Source: Eledone cirrhosa
Taxonomy: Eukaryota
Length of the DNA: 64,000 nt
Direction of reading: 5' to 3'
Assembly: GCA_964016885.1 (NCBI GenBank)
Contig: OZ024741.1
Location: forward strand, 146,258,001 to 146,322,000
Position 1 is the stretch's first letter. The number at the start of each line of letters is the position of its first letter. The translations under genes and the position numbers were made by a program. Under the pieces are notes generated by a model. It saw only the letters and a program-made list of their open reading frames with translations. It ran no database searches and was not told the DNA's origin. Positions 30,561 through 42,797 of the stretch are shown in pieces.

Positions 30561-31799
30561 CCCATCTAACATTGTTTTCATATCTCTGTAGTTCCTTCTG
30601 TTTAAAGCTACTTCTTTACACTTGTTGCAGTTGGGGATGAAATCGCTTATCCAGTTTGAACTCTAGACTGAGTAGCATGTTGTGTCCTTCAAAACAACAC
30701 ATCATTTCATATGGTTTTAGCCCACTCAACTGAAAAGATTGAGTAGCAGCAATAGCTTGGTGTTAAACTGTACGCAGTAAAAAAAAAGGATATAAACTCT
30801 AGGTTTGTGAAAAACTTTAAAGATCTATGTTTACTTGCAGCTCATGATATAGTTGTTTTGTTGATGCTGTTATTTTCATTCATTCTTTGTACCAAAAACA
30901 TGTAATTTATAGACAAGACAGACTTTTAAAGATTCATTTCTGTTATGGAAATGGATGTTTTTATTGGATGGAAAATATTCAAAATAGATTTAATTGAGAT
31001 AGTGTGTTCCATACTAAAACCTTTATCAGTTGAATAATGTTAAAAATAATCAATAATTTTTCACAAATATTGTGATGGGTAAAATATTTTGAGAAAATGT
31101 GTTATTTCCCTGTCAAACTTCTATTCTTCTTTGTAGTATAATAGTATCAAAACACACGCCTGTTTTCTGAGTGTTTCCAATAATTGCCTATTGATATTGG
31201 AAAAGAGAAAAAAGAAAATAAAGAGGTAATAATGAATGATACAGCAAAACACTAGAGTAGGTGTATTACTGTGTCTAGTTTTATATCACAAGTTGAAGTG
31301 TAATGAATCATAAGGAAGACCTTTATATCTTCATCATCGTTTTACATCCACTTTTCATGTTGGCATAGGGTAGACTGTGTTTAGTTTTATAGCACTAGTT
31401 GAAGTATAATAAATCATGGTGATGTCCTACATATTAGCACCTTCATTTTATGTCTGCTTTCCATGTTGTCAAGGAGTAGACAGATTCTCGTGGTTTCAGG
31501 TTAGGAAGGGTGGAGAGACCTCATCATTCTCATACAAGTTTGAATTCTATAGCTGAATGCACTTCTTAATATTAACCACAAGATAAATTTTATTGTGGCA
31601 CTAGCACTATCAATTTGCAGAGAATATTATTCCAGATTTTCTAATAGTTTCTTCTTACATCATTAGGGCCAGCCAAAATATTGGTGATACCCTGAGAAAG
31701 CTGTGTCTTGTAGATGTAACAAATGTTCTAAATTAAAAAATAATTGTTTCTACCTTTGGCACAAGGCCAGCAATTACCCCAGTGCATTACTGGTGCTTT

Positions 31800-33080
31800 A
31801 TTTCTATGAACTTCATGAACAGCAAAGCATAAATGAACTAAGAGAGAAACTAGGCATAAGAGAAATCAGATGCAGTGTGCAGGATAGGAAATTGCATTGG
31901 TATGGTATGGTGCAGAGCACTCAAAATCGATGGAAGCTTTGGAGTGGGGAGGCCCAGAAAAACTTGGGATGAGGGGATAAAAGCTAATGCTGCTCAATTG
32001 CACCTCACAAAGATGATGACATAGGACCGGGATCGCTGGCATTATGCAACAATACAGAAGACCCACCTTCCCATGGGCACAGGCTGAAGCTGAAGCATAC
32101 ATATATATAGTATGCTCCACTCCCACTAGACCCTCCCATACATCTCTCATGAGGACAGGCTGTAGCATATATCTAGTGAAGCCTTCAGCCCACACTGTAA
32201 AGTGGTTGTGATAGCGACTCGACTAAAAGCGCCCAGCACATATTTTGGTTGGCATTAGAAAGGGCATTCAACTGTAGAAACCAAGCCAGAAAGAGTTCTG
32301 TGTGAGCATGTCATGGTCACCTGACCCAACTTGCCTCAAATGGGACAAGCTGTGTAACCCATGCTAGTTAAAATGGATGTTAAATGGTGATGATGATATA
32401 TATCTTGAGGGAAAAACCTTTTGTGGCCAGCAGCGGCAACTCCCTGAAATTTTTCCATCCTGCTATATTTTTGTGTACCCATAATTTGCATATGGGATAC
32501 AGGATGGAGTTTCTACCTACTCCTTTTCTGCACACTAAGCAAGGTCATTTCCATGGTGAGATCAGGGCCCTGTTTTCCTTTCTACTCACTAGGAATTTAG
32601 TCTTTACCAAGTTGACTTTAAGGCTGTTTGATTCCAAGCTACTCCTCCATCTCTGATTCTGTCATAGATTAAGCTATGAAGGTCAGATTGTTGGCATATA
32701 GATGTTTCCATGGAAAACTAGTCTTAAATTCCTCTGTTATAGCCTGCAGGACAATAATGAACAGGAAGAGGCAAAGAACTGGTGGATTCCCACTTGCACA
32801 CTAATTCCCTCATTATACTCATTCTTAATTTTGACTTTGCTGGTAGCCCCTCTGTATATGGCTTGTACCACCCTCACAACTCACTCATCTGTCCCTAGTT
32901 TTCTGAGGGCCCACCATGTTATGGAGTGAGGGACTCTGTCATATGCTTTCTCTAGGTCCATAAATGCTAAGTAGAGGGGTTTGTTTTTAGGCAAATACTT
33001 CTCCTGCAGTTGCTTCACAAGGAAGAGAACTTCGACGGTGCTTTTTTTCTGGCACAAATCCAAACTGCATCTCATGTAGG
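31800..33080. mobile_element. Cluster of RTE fragments (plus-strand 3' end ~31800-32397; minus-strand RT fragment ~32400-33080)
   Basis: HEQQSINELREKLGIR, 3' tail ending gatgatgat; minus-strand LQEKYLPKNKPLYLAFMDLEKAYDRVP. Confidence 0.8.
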
Positions 33081-34254
33081 TGTATTTGATCTCTAAGAAG
33101 AAGATGAGAATATAAGGAACTAATAAACAACAGTACAAATCATTAGCAAGCTCATAAGTGTCAAATAGTGTGGAAAAGGATTGTTACACTTGTTACATAG
33201 TCATGTAATAGTCTTTTTGCACAAGCATTAGTGATATATAAATATAGCAGTAGAATCATGTTGAAAAAGAGAGAGATAGCAGATTATTGAAAATCAACAG
33301 TATTCTGGAGTGTAAAATCTTAAATTCTACATAAATATGTGTATTAAAAGTATGGCTTTAAGTTGTTAAATTACACTACTCACACCGAATTATAGGAAAG
33401 TGAAACCCCAAATTCATTTTCGACATGTTTCTGCTGAAATGTGTTGTTATAATAGTGTAGAAGGAAAAGAAATCGAAATATACTGGTGTTATAATTGTTT
33501 CTACTTTAGGCACAAGGCCAGCAATTACCCAGTGCATTACTGGTACTTTATTAGTAATGCACTGGGTGTGACAAAATCGGGACGATATACTCTCCCTGTT
33601 TTTTCTTAAGGAATAAATTTTATTTTTTTTTTTTTTTGCTCTGAAACAGTACTGTCTGACATTCTGAAAATAGACTGGCAACTCTAACATATTCACTGAA
33701 AAAAAAAATGTTTTTTAAGAAAATATATTTTTTTTCGAAAACAAGGCTACTCATATGTTTTTGTATATTAATGCATAATATACATCTATATATGTTTTCA
33801 CATACAGTTCTTCCTTTCTTTCTCTCTCTATGTATGTATGTGTATATATATGTGTATATATGTGTATATATATGTATTATGTGTATATATAACCCATGCT
33901 AGTGTGGAAGAACGGATGTAAAACGGTGATGATGATGATGATGATGATATATATATATACACACACACACATAAACACATATACAATGAAAATATCAATA
34001 TATATATATATTGACTTATTGACCAATAACCTGTCGATGCAAATGAGGTATTAAAAGAACCTCAAGCTGAGGGGCACTTAAATAGATATTGTGAAAGGTG
34101 CAAGAATGTTAATATCTTGCCGAAAAAACAAAAACATATTCTCAATATGTACAATAATACTTACATTATATTCGCAATCTAAAGTTATAATACATGCCCA
34201 GACAACGTTGTTTCTGATCTCGGAGGAACACAATAATCACCACAATACATATAT

Positions 34255-35175
34255 GTCATCATTATTATCGTTTAAGGTCTATCTCCATGCTAGCATTTGT
34301 TAGACGGGAATTGTCCCTCTTGAGGCAAGATTGATTGGGTGAACATGTCTCGCTCATATAGAACTGTATTTGGCAGGTTTTCTATGGCTGGAGGCCCTTC
34401 CTAACACCAACCACATTTACGGTGTGGACTGGGAGCCTTTTTACCGTGTCACCTACATGACCACTTTACAGCGTGGACTGCGTGTTTTTTTGTGTTGTGA
34501 CTCCTACACGCCCTCTTTAGTTTGGACTGGATGCTGTGGTACCAATGTAACTTTACAAAGAAAGGGTAGTGTTAGTGGAAGTGGGAGTATGGAGTAGGGG
34601 TAGTGGGTTGGGGTATATATTTGGTTAAGAAGTGCCTACTGACTGTACGTTAACTTTGTACATAGGAAAGGCAGGTCTTCTGTATTACTGCGCGGCACCA
34701 AAGATCTCGATCCAGTGACATTGTCTTAGAGAGGTGTAAGTGTGCAAGGTCAGATTTTATCATGTCATCCCAGATTTTTCTGGGTCTACCTACTCCGTAA
34801 CCTCCATCAATTTTGATCGCTTTGCACATTTTTATACAGCTGTCGTCTTTCATGCGCATCACATGATCATACCAACGTAATCTTCTCTCAAGTAAACAGC
34901 ATCTGATCCCTCTTATTCCTAATTTCTCTAATTTAGTTCATTTATGTTTTGCCATTTGTGTATATTACTATTACACATCCAACAGAGCATGGATGCTTTC
35001 TTCCTCTCCAGTCTGCGCAGATCCTCTGCACACAATGCCCATGTCTCACTGCCATGTAACATTGCTGTTTGTATACAAGCATCATACAATCTGCTTTCAC
35101 TTTTAGAGAGAAACCTTTTATGGCCAACAGCGGTATTAGCTCTCTGAACCTTTTCCATCCCGTTCTAACTCTGGC
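34255..35175 (-). mobile_element. RTE 3' fragment with long 3' UTR
   Basis: [35 protein letters not shown]...GRPRKIWDD, followed by the 3' UTR module. Confidence 0.85.
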
Positions 35176-36179
35176 TATATATATATATATCATTATCATC
35201 ACCATCATTGTCATCATTTAACAACTACTTTCCCTGCTTGCAAGGGCTGGGTGGGTGTACATGTCAGTACTGAATCAGGGCCACTGACGTTCCAGTTAGG
35301 CTGGGAAGGTCTGTATCCCACTTAAGTACGTTCATCATCAAATTCAGAGAAGTTATCAAATCTTTTGACACCAATTGATTGATAATCGTAACCCGTTGTT
35401 TGGTAAGATTTCTACAACTTGAGGCCCTTTCTAACACCAACTATTTTACAGTGTGTCAGTGTGTACTATATATATATATATATATATTTTTGGCATATTA
35501 TAATCAGTGAGTTTTTGGTTATCATGTTCAGCTCTGCTGATGATCGAATCCAACCGTGACCATCCCCACTGAAAGTTTCGTGAAATAGTCTTTTCAAGAC
35601 TATACAGAGCATGTGTAGTTTTTCCAAATTGAAGGATGAGTATTTTAGACTTTATTTTATCATGAGTTAAGGCTCTATTGATTTTTCCCTGGATTTCACT
35701 AAATTCTGTTGGATGAATCTATATCCTGATTCTTTTTGAATTGAGTTTGAATTATTTTTCCCACATCTTACGTTAACTATTTTCCCATTTTGACGCTATA
35801 GTCACTTATATATTATGAAATACTGTGTGCTTCTTGCTCATAATAATTTTTACACTTTTCATTTATATATATATATAAATAAAGAGAGAGAGAGGGTGGA
35901 GAGTGAGTCATATACATATCCACAAATATAGATAGATATAAAACATGTATATATAAATATATATTATATATTAATGAATAATGAATAACTGAGATTTAAT
36001 TATATCGGTTCAAAGGACAGGAATATTCAGTCCTGCTATATCAATCTCTTCAGAATCTATTAAATAACATTAATATTTACTAACACATGTCCATATGATG
36101 GAAAGAAAACTAGATGAATAAAGGGCAGTTCCGGTAGCAGAGAATTTGCAATTCAAGATGTAAGAAAACCAAGGATAGT

Positions 36180-36545
36180 CATCATCATCATCATTATCAC
36201 CGTTTTACGTCCGTTCTTCCATGCTAACATGGGTTAGACGGGTTGTCCTATGTGGGCAGTGTCTGGTCAGCTGACCATGCCTTGCTCATACAGGAACTGA
36301 TTTTGGCTTGATTTCTACAGCTGGATGCCCTTCCTAACACCAACCGCATTTACAGTGAGTGCTGGGTGCTTTTTTGCCATGACACCTCCACGACCACTTT
36401 GCAGTGGAATGATATGGACCCCAGTCCCTATTATCACATTTCTACAGCTGAGTAAACTGAAGAATGTGAAATAAAGTGTCTTGCTCAAGGAAACAACACA
36501 TCAACCGGTCTGACAATTGAGCTCACAACTAAGCCATGAGCCTCC
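36180..36545 (-). mobile_element. tRNA-derived SINE sharing its 3' ~230 nt with the RTE 3' UTR
   Basis: Head GGAGGCTCATGGCTTAG, CCTTGAGCAAGACACTTTATTTCAC core; 36180-36405 matches 20880-21075 and 25980-26199. Confidence 0.85.
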
Positions 36546-36641
36546 ATATATATATATATATATATATATACTCTTTTACTCTTTTACCTGTTTCAGCCAT
36601 CCGGCTGAGGCCATGCTGGGGCACCGCCCTTATATATATAC

Positions 36642-36674
<33 letters not shown>

Positions 36675-36679
36675 TACTG

Positions 36680-36738
<59 letters not shown>

Positions 36739-36743
<5 letters not shown>

Positions 36744-36932
36744 AAAAAGTATGACCCCGACGGCAGAGCTCAAGCTGTTTCGACGGCTATTTCAGTCCAG
36801 AAATAGCCGTCGCAACGGCTTGAGCTCTGCCGTCGGGGTCATACTTTTTCCTATTACCCACTCTACTACCCTAAGTATTGAGTACTCTGGTGCGTTATGG
36901 TCCATCTGGTTCCTTACCACAATTCCTTCGTT
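36739..36932 (+). mobile_element. Fold-back insertion in (TA)n (family 2, copy 2): ~55-bp arms + 78-nt tail
   Basis: Arms 36739-36793 and 36800-36854 (2 mismatches), loop agtcca; tail homologous to 14139-14216. Confidence 0.75.
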
Positions 36933-36954
36933 ATATATATAAATATATATATAT

Positions 36955-37378
36955 GTAGACGGTGAGTAATATTGTAGAACAATAAAACTATACATAATTC
37001 AGATAAGTAGCACTCAACAGTTAGTAGAACTGCAGTATATATTAAAGAAGAAATTAAAAGATGGTTAAAAAAGTTCAATATATTTTATTATGCGCATTTC
37101 GAAAACAACATCACCCTGGGACAAAAATTGTGTTCTCATCAGATAAAATAAGGTAACATGTTATGAGGCCTAAAAACACTTGTCAACAGGAAAGTGCAAA
37201 ACCTACATATGATATGTAGGTTTTGCACTTTCCTGTTGACAAGTATTTTTAGGCCTCATATCATGTTACCTTATTTTATCTGATGAGACAACGCAATTTT
37301 TGTCCCAGGATGAAGTTGTTTTTGAAATGCGCATAATACAATATATGGAACTTCTTTAACCATCTTTTCATTTCTTCT
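36955..37378 (-). mobile_element. Hammerhead-bearing fold-back insertion in (TA)n (family 1, copy 2)
   Basis: Tail 36955-37045 resembles 29666-29751; arms ~37046-37210 and 37212-37378 with scattered mismatches and a 1-nt loop. Confidence 0.85.
37271..37343 (+). ncRNA. Minimal type I hammerhead ribozyme; mirror copy on the minus strand at ~37080-37150
   Basis: ttattttat-CTGATGA (37280-37286)-stem II-GAAA (37324-37327)-TGCGCA-TA-ataat. Confidence 0.8.
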
Positions 37379-37387
37379 CTCTCTCTC

Positions 37388-37479
<92 letters not shown>

Positions 37480-37514
37480 TGTGTGTGTACTCACATACAT
37501 GTGGTATATCTGTA

Positions 37515-37678
37515 TATATTTTAAGAAAGATCGACTTTCGTCAAATCTTTCCAATTGCTAATACTATCTATCGGTCGCAACTCTAGGTAGAAGGAGCAAC
37601 AGGAAATAAAGTGTCTTGCTCAAGGGCATAACGCATCGCCTGCTCCAGGAATCGAACTCACAACCTCACGATTGCGAA

Positions 37679-37680
<2 letters not shown>
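37515..37680 (-). mobile_element. tRNA-derived SINE, 5'-truncated, internally deleted
   Basis: Reverse complement of 37799-37990. Confidence 0.8.
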
Positions 37681-37746
<66 letters not shown>

Positions 37747-37765
37747 TACACATACACATATATAT

Positions 37766-37989
37766 GTAGGCGTGTGGCTGAGTGGTTAGAGAATTGATTC
37801 GCAATCGTGAGGTTGTGAGTTCAATTCCTGGATCGGGCGATGCGTTATGTCCTTGAGCAAGACACTTTATTTCACGTTGCTGCTTCTACCTGGAGTTGCG
37901 ACCGATAGATAGTATTAGCAATTGGAAAGACCAACGGAAACATTGTTTCCTCGGTCCGATTTGACGAAAGTCGATCGTTCAAAAAATAC

Positions 37990-37990
<1 letters not shown>
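37766..37990 (+). mobile_element. tRNA-derived SINE with intact Pol III A and B boxes
   Basis: A box TGGCTGAGTGG 37775-37785, B box GAGTTCAATTCC 37817-37828, TGTCCTTGAGCAAGACACTT core. Confidence 0.85.
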
Positions 37991-38030
<40 letters not shown>

Positions 38031-38555
38031 CTATTTATAGTTATGTATATATATATAAACGGAAAAAATGAAACGAGATTTCATTTCTCACTCTTAGTAC
38101 GGCGGTTACTTAAATATAAGTATGTATACGTACATACATATATGTATACAGACGTACAGTAGTATGTATATATATACATACATGCACACATATATATATG
38201 TACGTATGGATTCACCGAACATTTATTATAATGCTCGGTGTGTTTGTAAACATACATCTTGAATTAAGCCGTATAGTGTCTAGCAACCATCGTTGCTCAT
38301 TTGTTCAACACTGACAAAGGAACGCTGTACTAGTTTCAAGCTTATTAGCTATCGTCAGCAACGTATACCTTCCTGCCAGATGGTTGAACGTCTGAAAGTA
38401 TATACTTTCCTTATGCATATTAACGGCTGAGCAGTCTAATTTGCATATCGAGTGAGTTAATCGGCCGGGGTACCGAAAATATGTGTGCATGTATGTATAT
38501 ATATATACATACTACTGTACGTCTGTATACATATATGTATGTACGTATACATACT

Positions 38556-38639
<84 letters not shown>

Positions 38640-38977
38640 TATGAGAATCACAGAAAATTGATTATTTCACTAATAATTATTTCATAAATAGTTATTTCAT
38701 AATTAATTAATTATTTCATTAGTATACCATCCTTTGTGAAACAGGTTTATTTTTTGAAGTTCGGACTGATCTGCTGAAAAGGTTTGAATTTTGAAATTTA
38801 AACTTGTCTAGGCACCAGGGCAGTTGCCATTATACGTCTGTAAGTATGGATTTATTATTTTTTAGATCGATACAGGCGGACTATATGTACTTGAATTAAG
38901 GTATTTCTATCTGGCTAAATTATTGTCAATTTGCAAAAAAAAACACATTAGTGTTGATCATAATTTTATATTAAATT

Positions 38978-39050
<73 letters not shown>

Positions 39051-39055
<5 letters not shown>

Positions 39056-39641
39056 TAAAATTAGTCCTTCATCAGTGATCTTCCAGCCTTCATTTGTATT
39101 TTATCGCTTTAAAGATCATATACCTCTGGTTGGTGCGAGCAACGGCTAAAGAAAGTCGTTGGGACACGTAAAATAGGGTGAAACGAGCGAGACAAGTAAA
39201 CAAACAAAGATGGTAATGCAACGAAAAGTGAGGAAGAAGGAGTCAAGTCGCTGAAATCGATGAACATAAGTTCTGTGAAATCGTAGACGAGAGATAAAGA
39301 CAACCCAGAGGGAGTAGCAGAGAGTGAGTGAGTGAAAGTGTGAGGAAGAGGCTAACTGAGAAAGTGACTGGCAGAGGGGGTAAAAAGAAAGTGAGAGATA
39401 CAGAGAAAGGGGAAGCAGTAAGAAAGAAACAGACGGGTCACAGCGGAGGAAAATATATAAATATATGAAAAAATGGCGTGCTGCGTTGTTGCACATGGGT
39501 TACATATGAATAAAATTAGTCCTTCATCAGTGATCTTCCAGCCTTCATTGGTATTTCATCGCTTTAAAGATCATATACCTCTGGTTGGTGCGAGAAACGG
39601 CTAAAGAAAGTCGTTGGAACACGTAAATAGGGGGAACGAGC
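39051..39641. repeat. ~137-bp direct repeats flanking a ~315-bp purine-rich spacer
   Basis: atgaataaaattagtccttcatcag...acacgtaaa..aggg..gaacgagc at 39051-39189 and 39506-39641. Confidence 0.9.
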
Positions 39642-40511
39642 ATAGTAACTGTTTAATCTCCAACCACTTTACAATGTTTACTGTATGCATCTTGCACATT
39701 TATTCCTTGTTGGACATATGGAAATATAAATAGCAGATTATAAGAAATGAACTCCAACATGAAGTTCTGAAAGGTGAATGGACTGCATGAAATAAGTGTA
39801 AATAATAAGAAGTATACATGAGTACAAATGCATTGAATAAGTGACAGATTATAATGAAAGAACACAGGCAAACAATTTATTCAACTAATTGATAAACTAA
39901 TTATCTAACTGATTAATGAAACGGAAGTAGACACAATAAGTGCATATGTTTTTGACTGCCAGTATGCCCCTCCCAAAATACAGCAACATAGGTTTTATGT
40001 TTTAAATTCTGTCAGAAACTTACCTCAAATAAATAAATTTGGCATAAAGCCTGATTCTCATCAGTTAATTCTTTGGTACATGTCAGTTCAAACAGTATTT
40101 ATTTAGGTCATTTTATCTGCCATCGCCAAGACCATCCTTGAAGAATATCGATCATAACTACACTCCCCAAAAAATTAATAAAAACATTGACAATAGAAAC
40201 AACTAAAAAGAACAAGTGGAATTATATAGTAACGATATGAATAGCTTACACAATATAGCTCACACAATTCCTGATTGCTTAAAAGGATGTAAAGTAATCT
40301 CAGGATGTGTGTCTAAAATGTGTAAGCAATTGTGTGAGTGCATTTGCATGCGTATATGCATGTGAGTATGCAGACATTTCAGAATCACAAATATACAAAC
40401 ATATAAAATTATATCTTGACATTTGAGTCTGTTGCTTTATCAAAAAATTAATTCTTAAAGATTGAGACGAAGTTGATATTAAAAATATCAATAATATTGC
40501 TGCTTTAAGCA

Positions 40512-41030
40512 TCATCATTTAATGTCTATTTTTTATGCTAGCATGGGTTAGAGGACCTGTCTCATTTGGGGCAAGTCAGATCAAATGAACATGTCTGGCT
40601 CATAAGAACTGTTTTGGGTTTGGTTTCTATAGCTGGGTGCCCTTCCTAATGTCAACCAGAATTAGAATGTGTGTTGAAAACTTTTTATTATGACACAAAA
40701 ATGACCATTTTACAGAGTGGAATGGGAGCTGGGATGGGGGTATGTGTAAAGACATGGGTGAAGGGTGGGGCATTAGTATATAGGTGGAGTGTTAAAACAT
40801 GGGAGGTATATGGAAGAAGGTGTAGAGGTTAAGTGATGCATACTAGATATATGCTTCAAGCTATGTGCATAGGAAGGTGGGTCTTCTGCATTACTGCATA
40901 ATGCCATAGATCTTGATCCTAAGTCATCGCTTTTGTGAGGTGCAATTGTGGTAGATCAACTATTATCACTTCATCCCAGGTCTTCCTAATCCATAACTTC
41001 TATCAACTTTGATCTGCTTGCACCTTTAAC
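40512..41030 (-). mobile_element. Old RTE 3' fragment
   Basis: Degenerate match to the RTE C-terminus (KTWDEVI) and 3' UTR (GGAAGGGCACCCAGCTATAG), with a catcatcat tail. Confidence 0.65.
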
Positions 41031-41197
41031 CACTATCCAAAATGATATTCATTACATTAGTAGAGTATAGGTATATACATTTTATTACAGAAATGTCTTC
41101 TACAGGACATAAACTGTTTCATTCATTAGAAATCATGAGAAAAGTCCTGATGATTTCTTACGATGAAAGAATTCTAGTCATGTAGAAGTTATTTCTA

Positions 41198-41284
<87 letters not shown>

Positions 41285-41425
41285 TAGTATAAACAAAGTT
41301 CCATACACATGATATGCATGAAAAACTTTGTTTATACTAAATAAGCTCTTCTGCAACAGATTGTGCATGGTTTTCTTTGATCTTTCCTCACCTGATTTCT
41401 ACCAACACATATATATATATATACA

Positions 41426-41439
41426 TGAGAAGATGAGAG

Positions 41440-41521
<82 letters not shown>

Positions 41522-41562
41522 GGGGAGAGACACAGAAAAGGGGAGAGAGCGAGAAAAGGGGA

Positions 41563-41625
<63 letters not shown>

Positions 41626-41637
41626 TGAGAGAGAGAA
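41426..41637. repeat. (GA)n microsatellite
   Basis: Direct reading. Confidence 0.97.
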
Positions 41638-42169
41638 ACCAATTAGTTTTAAGGAGAAATTGGGCAAGTTTAAAATATTGGCCAGGGTGCATTATTGTAA
41701 TAGCTACCAAAACTATATGGTAGATAAGTTGTTTAATTGTTACATTTTCATGTGTATAAACCGTAATAGGTCTTTGGCGCTATGCAGTTATACAGAAAAC
41801 CCTCCTTCCCTTACATACAGATTAAAACCTACAGTGAGTAGGCAACTCTTAACCCAATATACACCCCCACCCTACACCCCTACCCCATCCTCCAACTTCC
41901 ATTCACTGTAAAGTGGTCGTGTAGGTGACACAACAAAAAGCACCCAGTCCACACTGTGGTCATGTAGGAGACACGGTGAAAAGGCTCCCAGTCCACACTG
42001 TAAATGTGGTTGGTGTTAGGAAGGGCATCTAACTGTAGAAAACCTGCCAGAAACAGTTCTGTATGAGTGAGACACGGTCGTGACACCTACACAACTTCCC
42101 ACAGGTACAAACCAAAAGCTGAAGCATATAGACAGCTTTGGCTTGTACCTGTGGGAAGTCAAGTTTCCG

Positions 42170-42203
<34 letters not shown>

Positions 42204-42329
42204 ATAATAAATGTGAAGACTAAAATACAAAGAGGGCTCGATAAGGATAAATATATATCAAATATATAAGAACCATAGAGCAAATATTTATTAAAATAAC
42301 AGATTAAAGTTTAAGCAAAGAATCGCTGC

Positions 42330-42797
42330 TTGTGCAACCCTGTAGCTAGTACTAACTGTAATTGTAGGAATTGGGTTGACTGCCCTCAATCCGGGAAATG
42401 CCTCTCCAATAACATTGTCTACAAATGTAAGGTCAAAACATCCACGTCTATTAGGGCCTACATATGGTTAACCGCCAATAGATTCAAGCAGCGTCTTTAC
42501 ATGCACGACCATTCTTTTCTTAACCCTTTAAGAAGGAATATGACGTCACTTTCAGCTTATATCTGGAGTCTAAAAGACAACCACACCCAATATATGTTAC
42601 ACTGGGAGATCCTAGCTAACGCTAGATCGTATAGTGGAAATAATAGACCATGCGGTCTTTGCGCCGCTGAGGCGTTGGAAACACTCCAAGCCAATGACCA
42701 CATCTTAAACAAAAAATATGAGGCAATTTCGGCTTGTAAACACAAATCGCATAACACTTTCCTGTATTACAGCCCCTCATTATACCCTAAGGGATAG
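42330..42797 (+). pseudogene. Penelope-like GIY-YIG endonuclease domain (5'-truncated element, GT-rich 3' UTR to ~43600)
   Basis: CNCRNWVDCPQSGKCLSNNIVYKCKV...AYIWLTANRFKQRLYMH...TSLSAYIWSLKD...CGLCAAEA...LNKKYEAISACKH. Confidence 0.9.

Noticed and set aside
35505-35580. CTGATGA...GAAA motif
   Set aside because: No supporting helices; it lies in SINE-like sequence.
37766-37835. tRNA gene
   Set aside because: A and B boxes are present but there is no full cloverleaf, and it continues into a SINE core.
41328-41723. RE-repeat and SL-repeat ORFs
   Set aside because: Translations of the (GA)n microsatellite.
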